Origin: Candidatus Marinacidobacterales bacterium
GTDB lineage: Bacteria; Acidobacteriota; Vicinamibacteria; Marinacidobacterales; DATDRI01
Assembly (NCBI GenBank): GCA_965219415.1
Contig: CBDCNP010000002.1
Coordinates: 5,629,530-5,693,529 of the forward strand
Length of the DNA stretch: 64,000 bases
Direction: 5' to 3'
Shown: piece after piece, positions 9,633 through 21,217 of the stretch
Layout: every line of letters starts with the position of its first letter
How positions within the stretch are numbered: the first letter of the stretch is position 1
Position numbers and translations under genes: made by a program
The notes under the pieces: generated by a model
Databases searched by the model: none
What the model was told of the DNA's origin: nothing
What the model saw: only the letters and a program-made list of their open reading frames with translations

Positions 9633-12207
9633 TTAAACGCGGGTAAGCGCCATCGTCGAAATCCGCCGACCGGTGTCAGCAAAATGCTGGATTTCCTCGG
9701 GTTTGAGCGGGCGGTTGAGAATAGAGCGCTCACGGTAGGAGAGCCATTTCTTGAGAACCTGGTAGCCGCCCAGTTTGTAGCGCCAGACGGAAGCAGGGAT
9801 GTTACGCCAGAAGGCGCGGGCATTGAGATACACGTCGAACGTCGTCTCACCAAGGGTGGCAACTGTCTCGCCCAAAGCGACCAGCTCCTCCGGCGTGTAG
9901 GGACGCTCGACAACCCGGCCTTGGCCAGGCATCACGGCGTCGCCAATTCCGAAGTGTCCCCATCCTGCCGTCACCGAAAAATCGTCGCCGGTCATGTTGT
10001 GTCCGTCCGTCGTTGTGGGTACGGCGATTGCGACAATCTCCGGCCGCAATGCGCCTTGCGTGACACCCGGGACGGGCGTCTCCGGATCGAGCAGCCGGGC
10101 GAGGTCCCGACCCTGCACCGCTGACGCGGCGAGCACCTCCGCCGCGCCCTCTGCCGCACCGTCCGGCCAACCTGGTAGCGGAATGCGCGGCCATTCCATG
10201 CGCAGTGCCCCGGCGTTCGCCTTGCGGTATGCAGGATCGTGCAGCACGGCCAGGACGTGATGGAACAGGTCTTCCACACCCATGCCGAGACGGTCGAGAT
10301 AGCGCTGAACAGTTGCTGATATGTTGGGGCGGCGCACGCCATCGCCATCATTCCCTATACCGTCTTCACGGAGCCTCACCGGAATGCAAGTCGCGCCCCT
10401 GTCCATGAGATCGAGACAACCGATATGCGAAATCACCTGTGGAGGCGACCATTCCCTACGCGGTTTCTGCTGCGCGACCAGCCACCGATTTCCCTCGAAC
10501 ACATGGGGCCGGTAGTCGGGACGTGGACGATCGAGCAGGCCACCATCCCCCTCCCAATAGAGCCAGCGATTGTCGAAAGGCCGGTAGGTGAAACGGACGA
10601 AACCGCCTTCGGTCGGCCCGCCGCGCGCGACCAGCGCATCGCGGATTGCTCGGGCATCAAACCGCGCCGTGGTCTTCATCACGCCCGGATAGCGGCGTGC
10701 AATCTCTTCATGACTCACATCTGTATTGAAGTAATCGGCGATCCGCGCCTTGAGCCGGTCCAGATCGACGTCGACGAGAAATCCGTCGCGGCTCGTCTTG
10801 ACGCCAGGAAACGAGACCGGGAACAGATCGGGCAGCGCCGGCCAGTCGAACCAATGCTCGCTGACCGCCGTTTGCACGAAGGGCAGACCGAGTGGCAGAA
10901 GCGGTTCGATGCCTTCGTAGAGCACGTTCGATTCAGCGTCGGACGATTCTAGTAGCGCCTCAGGCTTGGCCTGTCCCCAGAGGTGACGAAAACCGACCTC
11001 CCCGGCCGGCGCGTGATCTGATCTGCGCACAAGCGTAGCGATGGCTCGTCCCGACCTGAATGCCAACCGGGTCGCCCTTCGTCGAGAAAATACTCGGGTC
11101 CGGCGAGCCATCCGGCGCGACTTTGCCGGTCTTGTACTTGTCGCCGTTCAGGCAGTCGATGCGGATCGTGTCGAACGCCCCAAGATAGCGCTCCCGCATT
11201 CCCGTGAAGGAAAGCCCGTCGAGCCATGAGTAGTTCGAGATGAAGCACACCACACCACGTCCTGTCTTCTCGGCAATGCGCCGTTCCGCCATACGGAAAA
11301 AACGGACATAGAGATCGTTCAAGCCTTGGCCCTCGGGCCGCCGCACGCGCTTGGTCGTGCGGTAGGCTTCCGAAAGTTCACGTTCTTCATCCACGGCCAT
11401 ACCCGCGAAGCCGTTATAGGGCGGATTGCCAAGGATCACGAGGATCGGCGCTTCTTGCTTCACCCGCTCGGCACGGTCACGCTCTTCCTCCAGTTCAGGG
11501 AAGGGCAAGGGCTTCGTCGTTCTTGGCTCCCATCCGGTCAGCGCATTGGTGAGGAAGACACCTGGACGCTCCGCCCCGTCATCCGCCAGCGGCGCACCGA
11601 GGTCCTGCATGGTCAAACTGACTTGCAGATGGGCTACCACGAAGGGCGCGGGCAGAATCTCGAACCCAAACACGCGCTCGGTCGCTGCCTGCTTGACCCG
11701 TGCGCCGGTGAGGGCGCCCAGACCCCTTCCCTCAAGATTGGCGGCTACGTGGCACAGCACTTCAGAGAGATAGGCCCCGGTGCCGCAGCACGGGTCGAGC
11801 ACATAGACGTTCTCCGCCGCGAGCCCGTCCGCTATGTCGAGGTCGTCCTTCAGCGCCTTGTCCACGCGGGCAACCATGTAGCGCACCACCTCGGCCGGCG
11901 TGTACCAGACCCCCAACTGCTTACGCAGACCAGGGTCGAAGGATTCCAGGAACGGTTCGTAAAAATAAGGCACCGCTTCGCCCTCGCTAAAGCGGGTGAA
12001 GAACGACGACCGGTCCACCCGATCGAGCGCGGCGGAAGTCCAATCCAGCACCTCGACCAGGCCGAGCGGTTGCAGGCGGCCGGGGTCGGAGAGCTGCTGG
12101 AACAGTGCTCGAAGGACTGGCACACGCAAATGCCAGACTGCTTCATGCCAGTTGAACTTGCCGGCCGGTGACGGCGTCCGTCGCGCCCACAGCACCCAGG
12201 CAGAGAA
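9633..12207 (-). pseudogene. N6-adenine DNA methyltransferase with type ISP/LlaBIII-like C-terminal specificity domain; frameshifted and 5'-truncated
   Basis: GVWYTP, LDPCCGTG, GNPPY, YRPFDNRW, GGYQVLKKWLSYR. Frame change near 11045; the 5' end abuts an IS3 element. Confidence 0.85.
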
Positions 12208-12210
12208 GAC

Positions 12211-13467
12211 TGGGCTTGATCCAGTTTCGTGGACACTTTCTGAAAGGCGGATACGATGTCCACAATGGCAAAGACAACGCAGCCCCGGCGACCCCGCCGG
12301 GAGTTTGATGACGAGTTTAAGGCAGGCGCGGTCCGGCTGGTGCTTGATGAGGGCCAGAGCGTGGGTCGGGTGGCCCGGGAGCTTGACCTCACCGAATCGG
12401 CGTTTCGCAACTGGGTCCGTCAGGCCCGGGCCGATCGGACGAAGGGCCGGACGGGCTTGACGGGCGTGGAACGCGAGGAGCTTCGGCGGCTCCGCAAAGA
12501 GAATCGGCGGTTGCGGGTGGAGCGCGACGTTTTAAAAAAAGCCGCGGCCTTCTTCGCGAAGGAGAGCGAGTAAGATTCGCGTTCATCCAGGCGGAGAAGG
12601 CCACCGTACCGGTCGTTCACCTGTGTCAGATTCTCAACGTCTCTCGGAGTGGCTTTTATGCCTGGGTACGTCGGCCGCCGTCGGCCCACGCGCGCCGGGA
12701 CCGCCAGTTGCGCGTGTTGATTCGTGCCTCCCATGAGGCGAGTCGCCGCACCTATGGGAGTCCGCGGATTTATCACGACCTGCACGAGCAGGGGTATCGA
12801 GTGAGTCGGAAGCGGGTGATTCGGTTGAAACAGGCAGAAGGCCTCATTGCTCGAGTACGCAAACGCTTCAAGCGCACGACGGTAAGCGGTCATGGCCAGC
12901 CCGTCGCGGCCAATGTGCTCGGGCAAGACTTCGTCGCCGATGCGCCGAACCAACGGTGGGTCGGGGACACGACCGAGTTCGTGATCGGCAGCGGCGGGAA
13001 GCTTTATCTCGCGGCGCTCCTCGACCTCTACTCGCGATTCCTCGTTGGATGGGCCGTAAGTGCTATTAACGACCGTCACCTGGTTATCAAGGCGTTGCGG
13101 ATGGCACTGAAACGTCGCCAACCGGCCGCGGGGCTCTTGCATCACTCCGATCAGGGCAGTCCGTATGCCAGCAAAGACTACCAACGTCTCCTTGAGACGC
13201 ATGGCATGACCGGGAGCATGAGCCGACGGGGCAACTGCTACGACAACGCCGTCATCGAGAGCTGGTTCTCCACGGTCAAGCACGAGCTTGGGGAGCATTT
13301 CCTCAGTTGCGGCGAGGCCAAGATGGCCCTCTTCGACTTCATCGAGGTATTCTACAACCAGAGACGACGACACTCGACCCTCGGCCAGGTCAGTCCGGCC
13401 GAGTTTGAACGACGGATGAGGACTTCGCCAGCTTAACTAAACCGTCTACGAAACCGGATCAAGCCCA
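12211..13467 (+). mobile_element. IS3-family element A, copy 1 (orfA 12256-12573, orfB to 13436)
   Basis: TG...CA TIRs TGGGCTTGATCCAGTTTCGTGGAC / GTCTACGAAACCGGATCAAGCCCA; 3-bp TSD GAC; A7G slippery site; HHSDQGS and GNCYDNA motifs. Confidence 0.95.
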
Positions 13468-13470
13468 GAC

Positions 13471-13802
13471 TGGACTTGACCCGCTTTCGTGGACACCTAA
13501 TCCCTTTGGGAGACAGGAGTCCACGATGTCAAAGCAGGGAAACAGATACGCGGCCGAGTTCCGGCGCCAAATGGTAGAGCTGGTGCGAGCTGGCCGCGGC
13601 TCCGAAGAGCTGGCGCGAGAGTTTGAGCCCTCGGGCCAGACGATCCGGAACTGGGTGAACCAGGCGGATCTCGACGAGGGTCGCAGGCAGGACGGTCTGA
13701 CGAGTGAGGAGCGTGCGGAGCTCCGCCGCCTGCGACGGGAGAACCGTCAACTACGGTTGGAGCGGGAGATCCTCTCAAAAGCCGCAGCCTGGTTCGCTCG
13801 GG
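13471..13802 (+). mobile_element. IS3-family element B, left end and orfA only
   Basis: TGGACTTGACCCGCTTTCGTGGACAC end; orfA reads to ILSKAAAWFAR, then is cut by MITE-A. Confidence 0.85.
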
Positions 13803-13968
13803 GGTGCTTCCGCTGTTTACTGTTGGTGATATGTACGCATCCCTTTGCAAAAGAGGCACTTACGCTCCATTTAGCGCGCGGGGAAGGTCACAAGCGCTAT
13901 TTTGACTGTAACTTAATGCACTGTAAAGTCTTAGCGTCATCTCACCAACACTTGATGGCGGAAGCACC
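13803..13968 (+). mobile_element. MITE-A copy 3
   Basis: 166 bp with the same TIRs; joins the IS3 fragment to an MMPL fragment. Confidence 0.9.
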
Positions 13969-15042
13969 CTCTGGTCCGTCGCGGCGGCGGTGGTTGTTCT
14001 GGCGACCGGAGTGCCGCGCATCGAGTTGAGCGACAACCTGACACAGTACTTCGATGAACGTTACGAGTTCCGGCGTGATTCGGATTACGTCGCCGAGAAC
14101 CTGACGAGCCTGGACAGGCTGGAATATTCGCTGGACGCCGGGCGCGAAGGCGGCATTACCGATCCCGGGTATCTGCGCACGGTCGATGCGCTGGCCGAAT
14201 GGTTCCGGGAGCAGCCCGAAGTAACCTACGTCCAGTCTTTTCCGGACATCATGAAGCGTCTCAACAAGAACATGCACGGCGACGATCCGGCCTTCCATCG
14301 CCTGCCTGGAGACGGGGACCTCGCGGCGCAGTATCTGTTGCTCTACGAGCTTTCGCTCCCGTTCGGCGCCGATCTCAACGACCGTATCGACGTCGCCAAG
14401 TCCGCGACGCGCCTGGTCGTCTCGACCAGCAGCTCATGGTCCAGGGAGCTGCGTGAGCTCGATGAGCGCGCGCAGGTCTGGATCCGTGCCAATGCGCCCG
14501 GTTTTTCGGCCGGGGCATCGGGCCTCAGCATCATGTCCGCTCACGTCTCGCAGCGAAGCATCGACAGCATGCTGGGCGGCACGATCTCTGCCATGGTTCT
14601 TATTTCGTTCATCCTGATTTTCATTTTCCGGAGCATTCGGATCGGCCTGCTCAGTCTTGTGCCGAATTTCATCCCGGCCATCATGAGCTTTGGCCTGTGG
14701 GGCTATCTCGTGGGTCACGTGGGTATTGCCTCTTCGGTGGTCGTCGCCATCGTCTTCGGAATTATCGTGGACGACACGATTCATTTCTTGAGCAAGTATC
14801 TGAAGGCCAGGCGCGAGGGCCTCTCGGCGGCCGAGGCCGTGCGTTCCGCTTTTCACACCGTCGGCCAGGCGTTGCTTACGACGACCGTGGTCCTGTCAGC
14901 AGGCTTCATGGCGTTTGCCACATCCGGATTCGAGGTCAGCTGGTCGCTCGGGCTCCTGGTGACGATGACGATCCTCCTTGCGCTTGCCGCGGATTTCCTG
15001 CTCCTTCCGACGCTGCTGATTGCCGTCGACCGGAAAGAGTGA
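13969..15042 (+). pseudogene. MMPL/RND-family transporter, C-terminal half only
   Basis: SLVPNFIP, GIIVDDTIHF, ADFLLLPTLL; only one of the two RND repeats is present. Confidence 0.85.
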
Positions 15043-15129
15043 GTGATGCTCCCCTCTTGAGCGCCGTCGCTGACCATCGTAGCGGGCCTGACAGCCCGAC
15101 GGGCAGGTGAGAGATGCGACTCCGTGCCG

Positions 15130-16077
15130 TTATTGGGGCGCGGCGGCGCGGTCCAGGGCAGGCGGCAGACTGAAGCGGACGTTCTCGACGATGCCGTCCA
15201 TCGTGGAGATTTCCAGGTCGGCGTACTCGCGCAGCTTCTCGATCAGGTCGTGCACCAGTTCCTCGGGGGTCGAGGCGCCGGCGGTAATGCCGATGCTCTT
15301 CTTCCCCCGCAACCATGCGGGACCGAGCTTCGACGGGTCCTCGACCAGGTAGCTCGGCACGCCGCTGTCGTTGCTGACTTCGCACAAGCGGTTGGAGTTG
15401 GAGCTGTTCTGGGCGCCGACCACCAGCACCAGGTCCACGATGGAGGCCAGCGTGCGCACGGCAGCCTGACGGTTCTGGGTCGCGTAGCAGATGTCCTTGA
15501 CGTCCGGACCGACGATTTTCGGGAATCGCCGCCGCAGGGCCGAGATCACGTCCAGGGTATCGTCGACCGACAGGGTCGTCTGGGTGATGTAGGCGACCTT
15601 GTCGGGGTCGCGTACCTGCAGCGCTTCCACCCCGTCCACATCGCTCACTAGAAAAACCGGCCCCGGAATCTGGCCGACGGTGCCTTCCACCTCGGGGTGG
15701 TTCTCGTGGCCGATCAGGATGATGTCGTAGCCGTTGGCCGCGTAGCGCCGGCCCTCTATGTGCACCTTGGAGACCAGCGGGCAGGTGGCATCCAGCGGAC
15801 GCAGGCCGCGCACCGACGCGTCCTGCTCGACCTTCTCCGACACGCCGTGGGCGCTGAACACCGTGATGGCCCCATTGGGAATCTGATCGATCTGTTCGAC
15901 GAAGCGTACGCCTTTCGCCTTCAGGTTTTCCACGACCCGAAGATTATGGACGATTTCGTGCCGCACATAGATTGGGGGCCCGTACTGTTGCAGCGCCGCT
16001 TCGACGATCTCGATGGCGCGCTCGACACCGGCACAAAACCCGCGCGGTTGCGCTAGAATGACTTGTATCGTTCTCAC
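15130..16077 (-). CDS. ispH: 4-hydroxy-3-methylbut-2-enyl diphosphate reductase
   Basis: [50 protein letters not shown]. Confidence 0.95.
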   Translation of the reverse strand: MRTIQVILAQPRGFCAGVERAIEIVEAALQQYGPPIYVRHEIVHNLRVVENLKAKGVRFVEQIDQIPNGAITVFSAHGVSEKVEQDASVRGLRPLDATCPLVSKVHIEGRRYAANGYDIILIGHENHPEVEGTVGQIPGPVFLVSDVDGVEALQVRDPDKVAYITQTTLSVDDTLDVISALRRRFPKIVGPDVKDICYATQNRQAAVRTLASIVDLVLVVGAQNSSNSNRLCEVSNDSGVPSYLVEDPSKLGPAWLRGKKSIGITAGASTPEELVHDLIEKLREYADLEISTMDGIVENVRFSLPPALDRAAAPQ

Positions 16078-16213
16078 TTTGAACGACCGCTCCCTCTTTG
16101 GCTTCGTAGCTGTACAACACCGCGAGCCTCATCGCAGAGAGTGCCTGCCTAGCGGACCGATGTCAACCACCCAGGGCCCGGACGAAGGCCTTGCCGGAAG
16201 CGCCCGGCCCCGC

Positions 16214-16243
16214 TTGACAGCCCCACGGTGAAGTCCATATAAC
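16214..16243 (+). promoter_or_regulatory. Putative sigma70 promoter of squalene synthase
   Basis: TTGACA-18 nt-TATAAC upstream of the ATG at 16281; a divergent TTGACA faces ispH. Confidence 0.5.
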
Positions 16244-16280
16244 TTCCATTAGGCGAAGAGAAAATGGGACACGCGTCAGG

Positions 16281-17381
16281 ATGACGGCGTCCTCCTCGAA
16301 CGTGTCGACGAAGGGCGACCTCGCCTACCAGGCTGCGATCCTGCAAGGCGTGTCCCGCACCTTTGCGCTCACGATTCCGCAGCTTCCAGGCGCTCTCCGT
16401 GACGTGGTGGGCAATGCCTATCTCCTGTGCCGAATCACAGACACCATTGAGGACGAGCCCACGCTGTCCGCCGGGCAGAAGCAGGCGTTTGCGGAACGCT
16501 TCGTCGAGGTCGTGGCCGGTCGAGAAGCAGCGGAGCCGTTCGCGCGCGAGCTCGGCGCGGGGCTGTCGTCGTCGTCGACCGCCAGCGAGCATGACCTGAT
16601 CGCCAACACCGCCCGGGTCATCCGCATCACAAACGGGTTTCGTGCTGCCCAACGAGGCGCGCTCGAACGCTGCGTGCGGATCATGGCGCACGGCATGGCG
16701 GAGTTTCAGCAGCACGTGACAGCCGCCGGCTTGAACGACCTGCCCCACCTCGATCGCTATTGCTACCACGTCGCCGGCGTGGTCGGCGAGATGCTCACCG
16801 AGCTGTTCTGCGACTACTCCGCCGAAATCAACGAACGTCGCAACGAACTGCTCCCGCTGGCAGTCTTCTTCGGCCAAGGGCTGCAGATGACCAACATCCT
16901 CAAGGATGTATGGGACGACCGGCAGCGCGGGGCGTGCTGGCTGCCGCGGGACATCTTCCTTGAAGCCGGGTTCGAGCTGCGCTCCCTGTCCGCGGGGCAA
17001 AATGACCCCCGCTTCACCGACGGGCTGTTCACGCTGGTGGGGATCGCCCGCCAGCATCTGGCGGACGCGTTGCGGTTCATCCAGCTCATTCCGGCCCATG
17101 AAACCGGCATTCGCCGACACTGCCTGTGGGCCTTGGGGATGGCCGTGCTGACCCTGCGCCGCATTCACGCGACGCCAACGTTCCGGAACGAGCGGGAGGT
17201 CAAGATCTCGCGCCGCAGCGTGCGTGCGGTCACCGTAGTCACCAGCACCCTGGTGCGCTCGAATTTGGCGCTGACGCTCCTCTTCAAGGCGCTGACCCGC
17301 GGCCTCCCCCAAGCCGAAGCAGCACGGGCTCCGGACAAGCGTAAAAGCAAGCCCTTGAAGAGTATCCACCACAAGTCATGA
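16281..17381 (+). CDS. Squalene/phytoene synthase (farnesyl-diphosphate farnesyltransferase type)
   Basis: [39 protein letters not shown]. Confidence 0.9.
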   Translation: MTASSSNVSTKGDLAYQAAILQGVSRTFALTIPQLPGALRDVVGNAYLLCRITDTIEDEPTLSAGQKQAFAERFVEVVAGREAAEPFARELGAGLSSSSTASEHDLIANTARVIRITNGFRAAQRGALERCVRIMAHGMAEFQQHVTAAGLNDLPHLDRYCYHVAGVVGEMLTELFCDYSAEINERRNELLPLAVFFGQGLQMTNILKDVWDDRQRGACWLPRDIFLEAGFELRSLSAGQNDPRFTDGLFTLVGIARQHLADALRFIQLIPAHETGIRRHCLWALGMAVLTLRRIHATPTFRNEREVKISRRSVRAVTVVTSTLVRSNLALTLLFKALTRGLPQAEAARAPDKRKSKPLKSIHHKS

Positions 17382-17977
17382 GACCACGACATGGGCGCAG
17401 TTTCTTCGGAGTCACTGGGACACCCTTGCCGCTGCCGATTTCTTCACCACCGAAATCTGGACTCCCGCGGGTCTGGTTACGTTCTACGTCTTGTTCGCGA
17501 TTCAGCTGAAGACCCGCCGGGTCCATATCTCGATACCCACACCAAACCCGGACCGAGTCTTCATGAAACAAATAGCGCTCGACCTTGCCGCGTTCGACGA
17601 CAGCTTTCTCCGAGGCTACTCGCACCTCATCATCGACCGAGATTCGAAATACACAACGGAGTTTCGAGAAGTTCCTGAAGGAAAACGACGTGGACATCGT
17701 CCCGATTCCGACAAAATCTCCGAACTGCAATCCTCACGCGGAGCGCTTCGTGCGCTCGGTCAAACAGGAGTGCCTGAACAGGATGGTCTTGCTTGGCCGG
17801 AATGCGTTGGAACGTGCTCTCCGCGAATATCGTCTCCATTATCTGCGTGAGAGAAATCACCAGGGTCTCGGCAACCGTTTGCTAGACGATTTTCCCCAGG
17901 ACGCGGATGGGCCCAGCGTCGAGTGCCGCGAGCGGCTCGGCGGCCTACTTCGTTATTACTATCGTGCGGCTGCCTGA
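17382..17977 (+). pseudogene. Integrase-core transposase, frameshifted C-terminal part
   Basis: ADFFTTE, IDRDSKY, AERFVRSVKQECL, ERNHQG, RERLGGLLRYYYRAAA. Confidence 0.85.
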
Positions 17978-18087
17978 GTAGATACGTTCGAGTGCCGTCC
18001 GAGCCGCCCCGTGGGTTTCGTATCGTCGTGGCATTGACCTCGGCTGGAGGCCCATCGAAACCTCGCTTCGCGCAGATCCTGAAGACA

Positions 18088-18703
18088 CCGTCTGGTCAAA
18101 ATACTCGAACGCCCAGCGGGTCAGCAGTTTGCACCTTTCCAAAGGCTGCTTGAATCCGCCATCGTGGTCGGATACGTATTCCAGTTCAGCGGAAGGAGTC
18201 GCGATGGACTGGAAGACCATGCTGAGCTACATCTCAGGGTCCGTGGATGAGGAGTTGCTCCTGCGCAACGAGTATCTTGTGGCCGAGAATCGAGTTCTTC
18301 GCAATCAGGTCCAGGGTCGCTTGCGTCTGACCGATGGCGAACGGCGGTCTCTGGCCGAGCTCGGAAAGCGTCTGGGTAAGCAAGCCCTTGATGAGGTCGC
18401 GAGTATCGTGAACCCCGACACGATCCTAGGTTGGCACCGGAGGCTTGTTCGCGAAGAAGTTCGACAGCTCCAAGAACCGTCAGTATCCAGGGCGACCGCG
18501 GGTCGACGCCGACATCGAAGAGCTGGTGGTGCGTCTCGCCAAAGAGAACAAGTCCTTGGGGTTACGACTGGATTGCCGGTGCACTAGCCAACCTCGGGCA
18601 TGAAGTGGCCGACCAAACCGTCGGTAACATTCTGAAACGCCACGGCATTCCGCTCGCACCAGAGCGTCGTAAGACCACGATGTGGAGGGAGTTCATCCGC
18701 TCG
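18088..18703 (+). mobile_element. Integrase-core element X, left end and frameshifted N-terminus
   Basis: End CCGTCTGGTCAAAATACTC is the inverted counterpart of GAGTATTTTGACCTCACG at ~48771-48788; EYLVAENRVLR...PDTILGWHRRL; cut by element C. Confidence 0.8.
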
Positions 18704-19454
18704 CTGTGCTCCGCAAAAAGTCGATCCAGCGTTGATTGCACGGTTTAGACCTGCCATGTTTGGCTGCTTCGTGCCGCCCGCCTCTCCCGTCGGCGCAAAC
18801 GCTCATTTCGGAAATCAGGATTCGAGACCGAGACCGAAAATGAGGCTTGTTCCGCACTTCCTGCGCGTGTCCCGAACGGCACACTTCGGGTAAGAGCAGT
18901 CGCAAGGTTCGCGCACCAAATCGAGCAGTTTTGGTGTTAGAGGCTTCGAGCGCGGGTTGTCGCTGAGCCCGAGCGTGGAGGTTGGGTACTCCGAGACGGG
19001 AGCGGGTGTGGACATCGGCGCCAAGTAGTGACCGAGGCACACGGGCTGTGCGCCGGGGAAGAACCACAGGAGGTCCGGACCCTGGTTGAGGTCCAATCCG
19101 AGACAAGTAAAGACATGAAGGACGCTCAGGCGCACCTGGACCAGAACGTGCTAGGGCAGCTACGCCGCGGTAGCCTCGGCCTCGATTCTGGTCTCTCGGG
19201 TGGCCTCTTTTCCGCTGCCGCCCGGCCCCCGGACAGCACCCGCTCCCCTATTTGGCGCAAACGTGTCCCTCGGAAATCGAGATTAGAGACCAAAACCGAA
19301 AATGAAGCCCTTTCAGCCCTTCTAGCACGTCTCTGGTGAACACCTAGTCCTGCAAAACCCCGCCAACCGCGCGGAAAATCTCCCCTGTCTCTGCGGTGCC
19401 GCATTTGCCGGACTGGGTGGCGGTGGGCGTAGTCTGGAGCTATCCGGTCTCGGC
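18704..19454 (-). mobile_element. Repeat element C, longer copy
   Basis: Reverse complement of 9051-9616 with an extra internal ~190 bp. Confidence 0.75.
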
Positions 19455-19838
19455 TGGAAACTATGAATAACAGGGAATTTGGGCTATTATTGCGCTGATT
19501 GGACCGTTTTCCCACGTGATGACTCTCCAGATTTCAAATGGTTAGCAGGCAATTCCCTGCCTCTTTCAACGCCTTGCGACGGTCGCTTGAGAACCGCGCA
19601 AAGCGTCTGGAGGGCGGTCTCAAGCGCCCCCCAGGAAAACTGGTGCGGGACGAGGGACACTTAAAAAAGATGGGAGTGGAATGGTCAAGATCCTCTTACT
19701 CGATCTTCGTCGCTTATCACACTCCGCACTTCTCCCACGCCAATTGGTTCCGATTGTCGCCGTGCTGAAGCAACTGGAGGCATGGAGCGGGAGAGCGGAA
19801 AGGCATCAGGCGCTGGACCAGTTTTCCCGGCGGGACTT

Positions 19839-20083
19839 GAAATGGGCACCGTTCCCCTGTTGACGCGCGACGGCGAGGTCGAGATCGCGAAACGGATCGA
19901 GCGCGGTCAACTGCGCGTCCGGCAGGTGCTTTCCAGAACCCCGATCATGATCAAGGAGATCATGAGCCTGGGAGAGGGGCTTAAGAGGGACCCCAACAGC
20001 ATCAAGGACGTGATCACGTTCACCGAAGACGACCTGACTGAAAGCACGATCGAGAACAAGTACGCCGAGACCATCGCCGGGAT
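19839..20083 (+). pseudogene. rpoD: Fragment of primary sigma factor (region 1.2)
   Basis: EMGTVPLLTRDGEVEIAKRIERGQ; both ends missing. Confidence 0.85.
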
Positions 20084-20161
20084 CGGAGAGGGCGGGGACC
20101 TTCTTGACCGGCCGTTCGGCAATCCCGTGGAACGCTTCGGCCGAGTCGAGGACACGCCAGC

Positions 20162-21199
20162 TTGACTGAGATGGGCAAACTTTCGCTCGCCACGATCGCA
20201 CGCGCGCTTGACGCGATGCTGGACGATCAGATGACGGCACAGGCGCGTATCGCCGCACATCTTGTGGTCGCGGCCGGGGATGACTCGGCGCGCGTGATCG
20301 AGACCCTCGACGCCATCGTCGCGAGCACGGTGCTCGACGAGATCTGGATCACGGACGAGCAGGGCGTGGCCTATCTCACCACCGTCCGGGATGAAACCGG
20401 CGCGCTGGTGCCTTTCCGGTTCGGTCCCGATCCCGCGGTGCAGCCGCAGGCCTCGACGTTCTATACCCTGCTTGCATCTTCCCTCGATAGCGACGATGCC
20501 GTGACACAGCCGGCGCAGGTGCGGGAGATCGATCACGAGATCTACAAGTACGTCGGAGTCAGCGGTGTCGACCGGCATCGGATTGTGCAAGTGGGCAATG
20601 CGCCGGCCTTTGACGAGCAGGACGTCTTGAGCAATGCCTATACCTCGCCGGTCATGACGGCGGTAATGGCGGCCTTTGGCGAGCCGAAGATTCTGAGCAA
20701 CACCTATACCAGTCGGCTGGCCGAAATAAGGATCGTCCTTGAGGGGGTCCTCGGCCAGCAAATGATCGTGCAGGCCACGCTCGTGGATTACTTCGTAGCG
20801 GCCGCCGAGGAGGCCGGGTGGCCGACCGCGGAGATCCACGGCAGGCTGCGCCGCATCGTGGACTCCACCATGATAGGCGAGATTCACGTCGTGACCCTGG
20901 GCGGCGATGCGGTCTACACCAGCCTTCCGTCGTTCCCCGCGAGCCACTTCCCGGCCGGCCTGCCGCATGCCGATGATCGGGTTCGGCTCACGGAAGGGAC
21001 GACGCAAGTCATGTATGACACCGCGCCGCGGGCCTCGGACGGCGCCGTCTACAAGTACGTCACGGTCGCCAGCGCAAACTCTCCACGTTGGGTGCAGGTG
21101 GGCCTGCCGATCGCAAGCAGTTCCCCCGTGTCCCTGGGTTCCCCACCATCCGCAGTTGGAAGCGCGGATCCGGAGGTGGAACCGGAAGGTCGGACATAG
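20162..21199 (+). CDS. Soluble protein of two tandem Cache/PDC-like sensor repeats
   Basis: Internal repeat DEIWITDEQG...YKYVGVSGVDRHRIVQVG / GEIHVVTLGG...YKYVTVASANSPRWVQVG; no TM segment or output domain; paralog at 35947. Confidence 0.65.
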   Translation: MTEMGKLSLATIARALDAMLDDQMTAQARIAAHLVVAAGDDSARVIETLDAIVASTVLDEIWITDEQGVAYLTTVRDETGALVPFRFGPDPAVQPQASTFYTLLASSLDSDDAVTQPAQVREIDHEIYKYVGVSGVDRHRIVQVGNAPAFDEQDVLSNAYTSPVMTAVMAAFGEPKILSNTYTSRLAEIRIVLEGVLGQQMIVQATLVDYFVAAAEEAGWPTAEIHGRLRRIVDSTMIGEIHVVTLGGDAVYTSLPSFPASHFPAGLPHADDRVRLTEGTTQVMYDTAPRASDGAVYKYVTVASANSPRWVQVGLPIASSSPVSLGSPPSAVGSADPEVEPEGRT

Positions 21200-21217
21200 C
21201 TTTGGATGCAGGCATAG

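Noticed and set aside
11030-11060. Phase-variable or programmed frameshift in the methyltransferase
   Set aside because: No homopolymer or tandem repeat at the site, and the gene is also 5'-truncated.
16149-17372. Long antisense ORFs (e.g. 16149-17372, 19907-21007, 12420-13373, 43011-44069, 50537-51643)
   Set aside because: They are shadows of well-supported genes on the opposite strand in GC-rich DNA and have no family motifs.
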